A DNA stretch of 64,000 nt, from NCBI GenBank assembly GCA_964016885.1, contig OZ024743.1, positions 291,772,001 to 291,836,000 on the forward strand, in the 5' to 3' direction. The translations under genes and the position numbers were made by a program. Of this stretch, positions 1 through 11,850 are shown in pieces (within the stretch, counting starts at the first letter, position 1; the number at the start of each line of letters is the position of its first letter). Origin of the DNA: Eledone cirrhosa (Eukaryota). Below the pieces are notes generated by a model. That model searched no databases and was not told where the DNA came from. It worked only from the letters and a program-made list of their open reading frames with translations.

Positions 1-1990
1 GCCTCAAGTGATCCTTTATGGGCCATTGTGTATTCGTGCCACACAATTAGGTGGCATCATTTCAAGACTTCCGCTTTGTTAGAGTCCTTGTTGATGTTAC
101 AGGTTATTGTGTCGTCTGAACTCGTTTTGAATGGTAGTTTAAATGCGGAATGATCTGTCCTACCTCCAGGCAGCACAGTTGCGGCAATCCCAGAAGCCAC
201 GGCCAGGGCGATTCCTTTTTGCTGTCGCACTTTGGCGGCCCGCCGTTGGTCTTGCAACAATTTCGGCTCGTTTCCGTTGATGAACAGTTCGAGAGCGTCG
301 ACGTCGTGGGCAGTTTCCTGAATTATGCCCGTCGGAAGCTTGTCTGAGCTCGTTTGCTGAACTTTTGGCGGTCCATAGAATGGAAGGTCATTTCCGGCGG
401 CAGTTAGTATATTGTCCTCGATGTCAAGGAGAGCTTTGTTGAAGAATTCGTCGCTGAGTTGTACGTCGGAATGAGGGAGTAGCAGTTGTTCTTGGTGTAT
501 GTCATCGGAAAGGTCCTCTTTGTATTTGTCCCATAAGGATACAGGGTCGCTTAACTCGCATGTCTGCAGTAGCAGCGCAAAGCGTTGCCGAAGAGTTCGC
601 GCTGAGCGTAATGTAGCTGCCTCCGCCAAAGTCGCATCCCACTGAGCGCCATCTTCCAGTAGACCCCGTCTAAGGAAGGCTGCGTGGAATGAAGTACAAA
701 CCTGTCCATAAATTGTTTTCAGATCGTCGAAAGATGTCGGTCCTACCACCTCATGCAGTAGAAGGCGGAGATAAAAGCATTTATGTTGGTTAGGATGAAT
801 GGTGTACACTCTCCCAAGGCTAGGGGACATTTTAATGTCAGGATGTCACTCGACGGGTTGTCCTTACACCCTTCTTAAACAAATTATGTTGTCTGTGTTC
901 CATGTGTAGTATGATGGCGCCTTAGAGTAGAGAGGGTCTTGGCGAAGGGATCGTTTCGGCACAACTTAAAAAATGCCGTAAGTATGGTGTCCTTGGGTTC
1001 CTCTGCTATCTCAGCAGTGTTGGAGGCGGTGAAGTAGACTCTTTGACCGTTTTCAAGGTGCACCGCCAACTGTTTAAATAATATGTCAAACCTGTAATTC
1101 AAACCCGCCTGAGTTAGCACAAAAGAGCGTAAATAAGGGCGATATTTTGGAGCACACTGGAAAATAAATCATTGAAATCGGAGGTTCCTAAAAAAAGTTT
1201 TCTCGTTTTTTTTTTGTCTCATTTTGCGAAAAACAAAGAAAGAAAATTACAAAAAGGACAACAATAAAATATAATGTCTTTGTTGAGATTCAAGAAAACA
1301 ATGCTTAAGCGTCGTTATGATTACGTTTGTTGTTTTATAAATTCATCTGTTGCTTTTGAATATTTGTTACTTGATGTAAAATGTAAGTGTATAATGTACG
1401 TTCAGAGATTCGCGTTCCTGAACGAGGAGGGGGAATGATCTATTATAGAGAGAGGGAAGAGCAACGGAGAGAGTAAAGCTATGTTGTTGTATAAATTTGA
1501 TGTGTTGCTTAGTTTTCAAAGTTTGTGTCGCGTTCCTTGAAAATAAGTTTTGTCGCTCTTGTAAATTGTAATGGTGATAGGGTAGTAGACGGAGGCAGTA
1601 ACCTTTTAAAGATAGTTGGAGAGGAGATTGAGGGGGGAGTAGAGAGAGTGATGAACCTTTTTAAAGAGAGTTGCAGATGAGATTGAGAATGGAGTAGAGG
1701 AAAGGATGAACCTTTTAAAGAGAGTTGCAACATGTATGTAGCTTCATATATTTTTGATGGTAGTAGTGAGAGAAATGAAGCGTGTAAGACAGAGGGTTAC
1801 AGCATGTATTTAGTTTTATAGATTTTTTTTCATAGAAGCAGGAAATCTTTGGCAAGGTTTATTACGCGTTAACCATCCTTGGTAAATTTGGAGCACATTG
1901 GGAAACAAATCATCAAAATCGGTAGAGAAATGTAGAAATGCATAAAAATTATACACGCACAAAGACAGACATCTTCCGTTTTATATATAT
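1..1990 (-). mobile_element. Helitron copy 1 (decayed, internally deleted, runs off the left edge)
   Basis: RepHel fragments at 57-1120. Segment ~1400-1990 is homologous to ~5250-5905, the 5' end of Helitron copy 2. Confidence 0.85.
57..1075 (-). pseudogene. Helitron RepHel fragments (Rep-helicase linker to start of the PIF1 helicase)
   Basis: Translated motifs LAVHLENGQRVYF, GRVYTIHP..FYLRLLLHEVVGPTSFDDLKT and ALAVASGIAATVLPGGRTDHSAFKLP are typical of RepHel; frames are broken. Confidence 0.88.
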
Positions 1991-2339
1991 ACTAGCAGTT
2001 TAGCCCGGCGTTGCTCAGGTTTGTTTATTTCCTATGAAAAGTTACAAACAGGTAAACGTAGCTTGAAAGCGCATAAGGTTATCAATTAAGTGCATAAAGC
2101 TGTTGAACCGGTTATTAATAGTTACGAACCAATTAGCATTTTGGACTATCAATGATGGGTTAATAATCTTCCAATAGCGAATTTAGTAGACCAAAGTTGC
2201 AAGATGGTGGCCCTGATGCCGCTGGGTGTCAGATCTCTCGGCTATGGGTGATCTTACCAGTTTTTCAGACGGCATAGCTCCAACACCTCCAACACCTCCA
2301 CCAACATCTATAGCACCTGTTTGTAGACGATATTGCGTG

Positions 2340-4790
2340 TCATCCCTTGAGGAGTGTAAGCAAAAATCCATTCCTGCTACCTACTCGAGAACAGGCGACA
2401 TAAAGTTGGCCATGGGAGAAGCATGGCTCCCCCAAATGGATGCCCGCCACCGAAAATGTTTGCCCTTGTGATTTGTTAATGGACATGGCAAAATATGGTC
2501 TCACCGGAAATTGAGATTGCTGGAAAACCAACGGGATATTTAACGCCGAGGGGAAAAGGTTCATCCTTGGAATGAAAACATTCTCACCTCTCCCGCACCC
2601 CGTTACAATGGTGGCCTCAATCAAGTGGGGCGTCAGTGACTTGACGACCATGCGAGTACCGTTGCACTGCTTTGGTGGACGCAAGTTCCTTATTAGCATA
2701 ATCAGACAGCCAACCCTAGGCTTAAGAATGTGAGGTAGGATCCCTGGGGGCTCAAGGGAATTTAATAACTCAACCGTACAATTAACGATATCGTCGGGGT
2801 CTGACGTCCGGTCAATAGATTTGAAGATGTGTTCTATACCGGGAACTTTCTCAATCAGCTGATCGTTAATAAAATTAACCATGTTATTTTTCGGAGCAAA
2901 GATGGCTCTTTCGCTGAGCCAATCGAGGTTTTTAAAGTTAGATGAGACATTAGGAAAAAATGCTTCCCAAAGGTCAGAAGGGCTGCTCACAATGTTGCAC
3001 AGGGAGTCGATTGCAAGCCACCCTTGTTATCCACATGGACTTTGCCCTCACCAAGTGCTAAAATAGTCTGAGCAAATGCTGCAGACATGTTGTCACCATG
3101 CAAATGAGCAAGCATATTGTGCTCAGGTACAAACATTCACCTGGAGCCACAAATGGACGACTTAAGACAAGCACGCACTTCATCGGCTCTTGTCCCTTTG
3201 GGGATGACAGGCAGCGTTTGCCGAAAATCCCCTGATAGCAGAAGGGTTACGTCACCTATAGGAGCCGTAGATTCCCTAATGTCTTTCAGGTCCCATCCAA
3301 TGCCTCAAGGGCACCCTTGTGTGACATTGTACACTCATCCCAAACAATGAGGCAACATTTTTTAAGAACCAGAGTTTCGTGTGAACTCTTGCTGATATTG
3401 TATGTTGGTGTCTCAGTTTTTACTATTTCGAAATTTGCTATTTTGTTTCACAAGTGTGAATTGGGTGATCCCAAATCTTTATGGGTCAAGTACAGAGACT
3501 TCAAGTCCTCAGACATGAAGTCTCTGTACTTGACCCATAAAGATTTGGGATCACCCAATTCACACTTGTGAAACAAAATAGCAAATTTCGAAATAGCAAA
3601 GTTCCCGTAGACCTTTAGGTGATTTCAACAATCCCATTGCGAATCATCTTCCAAAAGACCACGCTTAAAGCAGGCTTCCCGGTACGTATCACATATTTCT
3701 CCATCAACAGTGTTGAGGTCCTGATAACTTTGTGGTCCTACAACTTCATGCAGAAGAAGGCGGAGATGAAAGCACTCATGCTGACTTGGGGGCACAGTGT
3801 AAAACCTTCCAAGACAGCTGTCAAATTTTACACCAGGATGTATTTCAGCAGCCTGACTTCCCTTTCTTCGCACCCAAGTGTTTTTCGACCATATAAAGTA
3901 GGATGGAACCTGGGAGTATACAATTGTTTGCGCAAATGTATCGAACTGGCAAAGTTTGAAGAAACCCGTCAGAGTGGTCTCTTTAGGATTGGCGGCCAAG
4001 TTGGCGGCGGTTTGGTCCGTAAAGTAAACCCTTTGCCAATTTTCCCAATGTACCACAAGTTGTACGATGGCGGGGTGACGTTGGTAAAAGAGTAAACTAA
4101 ATAGGCGCCAAAAAGCTTCATTGCTACTGGTGTGCTGCCCCGCCAGGTATTCTGTGACCTCGTCCCTGCTATTTTCAGCTTGAAATGCGAACATTGCCGC
4201 ATCAGAGCCCTTATTTACATATTTGCATATGTATTTTATCGACTTGACGGAGTTGCAATACTCAACGTTGATGTGGGCGTTGAACATCTTCAAGAGAAGC
4301 GGGCAGTAAGGGAGCACTATCTATTGTCGACTTCACCTCCCCTTACAGTTGTGGTGAAGCCACCGTTCTCGGGCCGTCTCCGCCTTTATAGGGGGTACCC
4401 GTCGCCACCAGTCTGAGTCTGGTCAACACATTTTTGGGTGTATCCCTTACTGCACGACCCCCCCCCCTTTGAGACACGTGTGATGCTTATTAGGACCTGA
4501 CGCACATGAACCATGAATCATGTTACCTTTGGCGATGTCATGTAATTCCTGGTCAGTTGCTGGGTTAGGGTTTCAGCTGAAATGAAGCTGTCTATGGCAT
4601 TTGATATAAACATGTGAGCATGTGGCAGCCCTCGTTTTTGCCATTCGACGGTGAACATGTCACATATTACAGCCCCAAATACCTGACCTTTTTGATTAAA
4701 GCCATGAGTTTAGCCAGTTTCAGTCTGAACACTCTGGCAACGAGGTCATGTCTGTTCGAATAATTTTGCCCAGGAAAAAGTTCACGGGTT
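2340..4790 (-). pseudogene. Helitron RepHel (HUH Rep + PIF1-like helicase), disrupted
   Basis: HUH motif MFTVEWQKRGLPHAHM (~4611-4658); HINVEYCNSVKSIKYICKYVNKGSD (Rep catalytic tyrosines); LIVWDECTMSHK; DFRQTLPVIPKG; FAMSINKSQGQT and FSHGQLYVACSRV (PIF1 motifs). Stops, frameshifts and deletions present. Confidence 0.93.
3423..3596. repeat. ~85-bp fold-back inverted repeat inside the Helitron ORF
   Basis: 3423-3507 is the reverse complement of 3512-3596 with one mismatch and a CTCA loop. Confidence 0.95.
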
Positions 4791-4917
4791 ACATTCCGAT
4801 TCATATGTCTATAGCATTAATCTGTTATATGAAGTGTTATGTTGCGGGTTGTTATTTGCAATAAGCCGATTGAAAATGCTCCAGATAAGCCGTATGTCAA
4901 TACGGAACGCACCATTG

Positions 4918-5190
4918 TAGTGTTGTCATATAGGGAGTGAAAAGCGACAGTGAGAATAAAGCAGTTAAATTATAGAGAGGGGAATATACGGGACGCTGCA
5001 TTTGATCATATACATTGTTTCTCTCTCTGCAGTGTTGTCATATAGGGAATGAAGAGCGACAGAGAGAGTAAAGCAGTTAAATAATAGAGAGGGGGATATA
5101 TACGGAACGCTCCATTTGATCATATACATTGTTTCTCTCTCTGCAGTGTTGTCATATATGGAGTGAAGAGCGACAGAGAGAGTATGTCGT
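4918..5190. repeat. ~113-bp tandem subrepeats in the Helitron 5' region
   Basis: GTGTTGTCATATAGGGA(G/A)TGAA(A/G)AGCGACAG-like unit recurs at ~4920, ~5032 and ~5146. Confidence 0.85.
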
Positions 5191-5896
5191 TATGACTGTT
5201 TGTTGTTGTATAAAATGATGTGTTGCTTTGTTATCAAAGTTCTTTTCGTGTTTCCGAACGAATAGGGGGAATGATCTATTATATAGAGAGAGAAGAGCGA
5301 CGGAAGAGTGAAGCTAGTGTTAAACCTCGAAGCATGAAGAGAGTAAAGCAGTTAAATTATAGAGAGGGGGAATAACCTATTGTAGAGAGAGGGAAGAGCG
5401 ACGGAGTGAGTAAAGCTATGGTTGTTGTGTTGCTTAGGTTTCAAAGTTTGTGTCGCGTTCCTTCAAAATAAGTTTTGTCGTTGTTCTAAATGGTGATAGA
5501 GTAGTAGACGGAGGCAGTAACCTTTTAAAGATAGTTGTAGAGGAGATTGAGGGGGGAGTAGACAGAGTGATGAACCTTTTAAAAAGAGTTGCAGAAGAGA
5601 TTGAGAGTGGAGTAGAGGAAAGGATGAACCTTTTAAAGAGAGTTGCAACATGTATGTAGTATCATATAATTTTGATGGTAGTAGTGAGAGGAATGAAGCG
5701 TGTAAGAGAGAGGGTTACAGCATATATTTAATTTTATAGACTTTTTCATAGAAGCAGGAAATGTTTGGCAAAAATAATTCCGCTTTGAGCTGCCCTGGTA
5801 AATTTGGAGCACATTGGGAAAAAAATCATCAAAATCGGTAGAGAAATGTGGAAATGCATAACAATCATACACACACACAGACAGACAGACATCTAC

Positions 5897-5994
<98 letters not shown>

Positions 5995-6463
5995 ATAGTA
6001 ATAGAATATATATGTATGTATGTATATAGTAATAGAATAGAACCAAGAAAAACAGGAATAACTAGGCAGGAGGAATTGGTCAGGAGGAGAAATTTATTGA
6101 GAGATAATTCTGTAACATATGTTGCCATAAATATCTGTCTACAAGCGCTGACTGCATAGTCCCATGCTCAAACGCATGTATTAGGTAAAAATAGTGTAAT
6201 TCATTAGAAAGAGAAATATATGTTTATAATCCAATGTGATATCGTTGCATTTTTGCAATAAGAATCACTTGCTTCTATCTACTCCGAGCTATAATCCGAT
6301 GGCACATATAGACAGTCGGAGAGGAAATATAACAGAATTAATATATATATATATATATAAGTAGATATGTTTTGAAACACTGAGCAGGTTTGAAATTAGA
6401 AAATTGTATAGCTTTAACCATATTTTTCTTTAGTCAAAAGATACGGTGAAAGCTATTCTATTT

Positions 6464-6558
<95 letters not shown>

Positions 6559-6571
6559 TGTATGTATGCAT

Positions 6572-9500
6572 AGGTAAAAGGATGATTAAGACGGATAAAC
6601 GATATAATAGGATTTTATTCCAATCTGTAATGTTTCATCGCTTAATAAGCAATACATTATATCTTGAAATCGCAATCGTCAGTAGTTGATTGGTTATTGC
6701 AAAATTCTATTTGAAATACAGAACACAATGCACTCAGTAGGCGAATTATCAAAATCATGGAATCAGCCTCACAACGGTTTATACCAAATAACATAAACAT
6801 CAAAATGAAATATAAATTAAACTGAGAGAAAATTATATACTTGTGGTGTAATAAAAGATTGGAATAACACTTGGGTAAAAACAGAGGACATGGAAGCTTT
6901 AAAATATATTCAACGAATGGAAAAAAAATACAGAGCATGTTAGCAGGTTTTAGATGGATGTGGCTAGAAGCTGATTGATTAAGTGTACTAGTTCATTTCG
7001 GCCAGTCCTGGCATAGTATTTTCGTCCTTCGATGTTGTCAGACATGTGGTTTATTTATGGGACTGTTGAAACTGTGATTGGTAGATTAGAAGACTACGTG
7101 TGTGTGAGATAAGGCTAGTTAATGTACTTCATGGCGCCATAGTTTCAAGCATTAGAAATCTGGGAGGTGTAGCATATTTATATATCAACTGTAAGGACGG
7201 TGCATCGTATCCCTTCTATTGCGGATTGTAGATTATGAACCTGTTAGCACATCTATGTCGACAAAATATCTTGCTATTTATTAAGTTATTATTACATTGT
7301 AAAATATGGAGTAATTCCATATTACACAATCTACATTGATCAGTTCCGTGTGTGTGGGGAAGCCTTGGTTGTAGTTAATATATACCAAAATATTTGGTAT
7401 TTCTGTTCGTTATCCGCAAGTTGCCAGATTTTACTGGCCTTAGTTGTGTTGATGAGTTTGTGGGGGTTTTTTTTAGTGTCTATGCTCATAGAAGCTTTTC
7501 TTGAATTCTTTCGCTGTAGAACCTATATAGTACCATTCATGTTCACGGGATGTTATGGTACATGGATAAACTAAATTAGATTCTAGACATTTGTTTTGTA
7601 GGGGACATCTATGTGGTAGGTAGCAGTTACCTTTAGTGGCTTTCCTATGTACGTTTTCCAAGTTATGACCTGATGTATGGCTTGTATCGGCCTGAAATGC
7701 TGGGTTGTTTACGTTATGTTGGTACATTGTGGAATTTCGATCAGCTGGTTGTAATGTAGATACAATGCTGTGTTTGTTATTAGAGGTTATTCTAGTGATG
7801 TGTGTACTAATATGTTTAGAAATTGTCTTCAGTTGATTTTTTTTATGTATGCTTCTAGATTGGCTGCAATAGAATATGATACTCTAATACTCTTCCTATT
7901 GACAATTTTGTGATATTTCTGAGACTTAGATTAAAGAAAACAAAGGGTAGATTCGTGTTGATTGCGTAATTAAATACGGTCTTATACCATATATATATTC
8001 TCTATTTCTAGTTGTTTAAGAAGTTCTGAAGTTTTTAGTTCGTTCAGCTAGCTGTTTTATTCCCTGTTTAGACTGTTTAATCCTACGTAATCCTACGTCT
8101 AGTTCTATGTCTATTATTCATATTATGGTGAGCACTATACTTGTTGTTAGGATGTCTCTGATTGTTATCGTAGATATATTTGAGCTCCACTTTATGACCT
8201 GCTTTACGTAATGCGTTATTGTAATAGTCTGCGTGTTCATTAAAAATTTATAGTGTAAATGATAGACGGGATATTCTAAGTGTTGTATTCCTCTCGGTAT
8301 TCGCAGAGAAAACACAACGAATTATATCAAATAATTTGTGTAATTTGCGAAACAACCAAAACGCCTCTCCTCGCAGTAGCAGAATAACATAAAGTAAGTA
8401 AGTAGCAGTCTGTGACCGAGTTTTTAATACCAACGCTGACTGACTGCCCAGGTCACGTGATTCATATGCAAATGTGTGAGCACGTGTAAATTGAATAGAA
8501 ATTTAACAGTCCATACAACAATGAGGTTGTGAGTTCGATTCCCAGTCCATACAACACTAAGGGATATACTATTTGCTACCGAATTGATTATGGAACGTGA
8601 GTGGCTTGGTTGATAGTTGTTGTATGCTAGGTCTGTTTAAGTTGAGTGTTATATCTAAGAAATTAGCGTTTCTAAAGTTGTGCTCGAATGTAATTTCGAG
8701 GCATAGTTTACCAACGAAGATCCAAATCTACTTCTGTAATCTTTCTAGGTTCTGGTTATTTATGATTTGGGCTAGTAGAAGCTCATGGTCTCTATATATT
8801 CCTCATTGGAGGTTATCGCATTCCTTATGGATATTATGGGTTATGTATACTCCGACTATGTCTGTGACTTCCGCTGAGTCGCTAGATCCCATAGTAATAT
8901 CGATGTTATTTAGTCTATCCCGCCTTTCTCGGTATTAGATTTTCGAATGTTATTATTATTCTCCTAGCTGCTATTACTATTCTAATTTCATCCATGGTTA
9001 GATTTCAGTTTTTTCTTAGCGAACGCTAGTGCCTTATTTAGGATGACCGGGGATACGTATGAAAAATAATGATTTACATCAACTTGTATGTACATAGAGA
9101 CTACCCTATTATCTATTCTATTAAACCAGTCGAATGCCACTCTAGTGCTACCTCATAGCTTTATGTTCAGTTTATCCTTAATTTGTGCTATTACCTTATC
9201 TTGCTAATTATGCCTATGTCGGACTTAGCTCGATATATTAGTCTGATTGAAGGCTTCGTTTCGAAGGTGTTTTTATGGTCCCTCAGATTAAAAGTGGGGC
9301 TGCATGGGGTTAACAATTCTGTTCTATCAGCAAGTTCTAGGTTTTTCACTATATTAAATCCTTCGTTTTTAATGCCCATAAGTGTTGCTTCCATTCTTTG
9401 CGATAAAGTGGTTGTATGTGGCGATGTTCATGCAGTAAAGAGTTGACGTTTTGTCAGCCTTAAATATAATCCCGTTGGTTTTGCGCAATATTTACAATAA

Positions 9501-10060
9501 TGTATTGATGTAATTTTACTGTTTGTTGTATCGAATGCGTTTATTTTATTTTAATCCCGCTTCTCATATTCATGAGGTCGAGTTTAAATGCATCCTGTTG
9601 GGGGTTACTCGGTCCGTTTTTACAAAATTCAAATCTGTATTTCTCCTTTTTAATTTTTCTTCTCATTAGTGTTTGAATGTTCCCTCTCATGGTGGCATGC
9701 TTCACACCTAATGTGATGGATACAATCATTGGAGCGCTGTATCATGCTGAGAGTGTTAACCCTATTGGTAGGTATATGTATGTTTTTTAACGACATAATT
9801 ATCTGATGTTTTTCTATGTTGTTGCTAACAAGATGCTTACTTAGTTATGTTTTTCGGAGGATAGCACCTTGAAAGTTCCGTGATAAGTTGTTATTGGAGT
9901 ATTAATAACAGCTAAAAGGATGATTAACACGAATAAGCCATATAATGGGGTTTATTCCAAGCATTATCCTGTTTCGTCGCTTTATAAGCAATTAATTATT
10001 CTTTTAAATCACTGTCGTCAATAGTTGATTGGTTATTGCGAAATTCGATTTTAAATACAC
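6572..10060 (-). mobile_element. Penelope-like element family C, decayed, with direct pseudo-LTRs (~6572-6720 and ~9912-10058)
   Basis: Fragments TFNLRDHKNTFETKPSIRLI, DITMGSSDSAEVTDIVGVY (RT) and CPLQNKCLESNLVYPC..YYIGSTAKEFKK (GIY-YIG). Diverged direct repeats at both ends with a degenerate CTGACGA...GAAA motif. (TA)n at the 3' side. Confidence 0.85.
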
Positions 10061-10099
10061 AAATCAAAGCAGTTACTCTTTTTGAAGGCGTATGGCTTA

Positions 10100-10560
10100 G
10101 ATTTTAGGACACTGCGTTCACATTCGTGAGGGTTTGATTTCCATTCCGTGACCTGGTGGTGTGTTGTATCCTTGACAACCTCACTGGTAGCAAGCTGCTG
10201 TGCGTCCATGAAAACAGTCTCCACAATTCCTGCCCACTTTTTTTCTGCCATATCGAGAAGGCTCCTTCCTGAATGGTATCAACTTCATGTTCTATTCCAT
10301 ACTTATTGGACGTTCGTCATTGCTATGATTACCTTTAACCCTTTCACCTTTAAGTTCTTCTTCTATGCATAGGTTTTGCTTGTAACTATCGTACGAATTC
10401 AGCTGTGAGGACAATGTCATCAGCATATATGAGCTCCCAATGGAGTGCCTGTTTTAAACTGTCTGTAGGACAATGAAAATCAAGATGACTGAGCACTAGT
10501 GAACCCCAACTATCACTTCAAATTCATCACTCTACTCATTGCCAACTCTTATTCTGTTGA
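10100..10560 (-). mobile_element. RTE-type LINE reverse transcriptase relic
   Basis: Minus strand reads WELIYADDIVLT (~10405-10443) and LKVKGLKVII, matching the RTE-like PWELLYADDLVL / GLKVN motifs. Confidence 0.7.
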
Positions 10561-11427
10561 TTGTTTCTTCTTTATATGAGTTCGAGGATGGTTTGATGCA
10601 AGTATGGCGATTTTATTGATGATGTGTGCGTGTGTAGACGCTTTTACTCATTTGATTATTTCCCAGCCGTTTGCATATGCTGGAGGTCGATATTTTGTCA
10701 AATAATTCCAACACGTCTCCACTGCAGGAAATGCTGACAATATTGATTTATTTTGACTAGACACATTTCAACATTTTGCAAATGACGATGTGTAATCAAC
10801 TTAATCATTTTACCTTCCATTCTGATACACAGCTTATTAATTGTCTAGTCTGAAGTCAGTCCGTTGGGACATCAGTAATATTTTGATTCATAACTTGCAT
10901 GCATGAAATATTCTACGATACATAGCCGATAATTCCATTACATTTCCTTTCTTTATTATCGAACGGCATAGGCAGGCCAAAACTGGTAAACTACCTTAAA
11001 AGTACATTTCCATATTTACTTACTTTACGTATAAGGTTCAAACCGCAAATCGTGTTTCACTTACTAGGTTTCGATAAAATAAATACTATTATTTCTAAAA
11101 TAATGATTCAAATTGATTATGACCATTCCGAAATTAAGATGCTTCCAACGCTACCAACCGGCTCTTTGGGAGGGTATTCCTTTCATAAAATATCGTAATT
11201 CACTGAAAATTCAATGGAATACAATCTCTTTTTTAATTCAATTATTCTCAGCATTTATGGGTTTTAGAGACATTCATAATATTCACGTTGTATGGCAAGA
11301 ACATGTATATTTCTCTCGCTCCCAAATTTCTGAAAATGTTATTACTGGTTATAATATATCGGTCTAATAAATTCAGAAAACACGATCTGGAGTAGAAAGC
11401 AGAATTCCAACAGAAAATCATATTGAA

Positions 11428-11465
<38 letters not shown>

Positions 11466-11487
11466 CATACACACACACACACACACA

Positions 11488-11815
11488 CAGAGCACCAATC
11501 CTAATACTTATTTTTTGCTGGACCGGCAATCGCTCTGTATAATTAGCTCCTGATTATTACTGGAATTCTATACGAATCCAGCTTCTATAATTTTCAGCGG
11601 AAGAGGACAGAACGTAGCTCTGATGATTGCCAAACAGCATGAAACAGGATGTTAGCTTCTCTGCTTTCTTTCGCCGAAAAGAAGTAAGCGACATAGTCAC
11701 TACTTTAAAAATGATAGCGTAAGGTCTTCAAAATGTGTTTAATTAAACATACGGTATGTTGCCAAATATACTATGCATACAGCCATGTAAGCATCGCTAT
11801 TTCAGAGCACCAATC

Positions 11816-11821
<6 letters not shown>
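11488..11821 (+). mobile_element. 315-bp non-coding HHR-containing unit with 19-bp terminal redundancy (retrozyme or solo pLTR-like)
   Basis: CAGAGCACCAATCCTAATA at 11488 and 11803; flanked by (CA)n and (TA)n; HHR inside. Confidence 0.65.
11616..11657 (+). ncRNA. Type I hammerhead ribozyme motif
   Basis: AGCT-CTGATGA-tTGC caaaca GCAt-GAAACA gga TG-TT-AGCT; all three stems pair, GUU cleavage triplet. Confidence 0.75.

Positions 11822-11847
<26 letters not shown>

Positions 11848-11850
<3 letters not shown>

Larger units (their letters stand above)
1992..5905 (-). mobile_element. Helitron copy 2 with both termini recognisable
   Basis: Minus-strand 3' end reads CCTGAGCAACGCCGGG (imperfect hairpin, 2004-2019) then CTAG|T at 1992-1995. 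The 5' end (TATATAAAACAGTAGATGTCTGTCTG) merges into (TA)n at ~5903. RepHel remnants lie inside. Confidence 0.85.
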
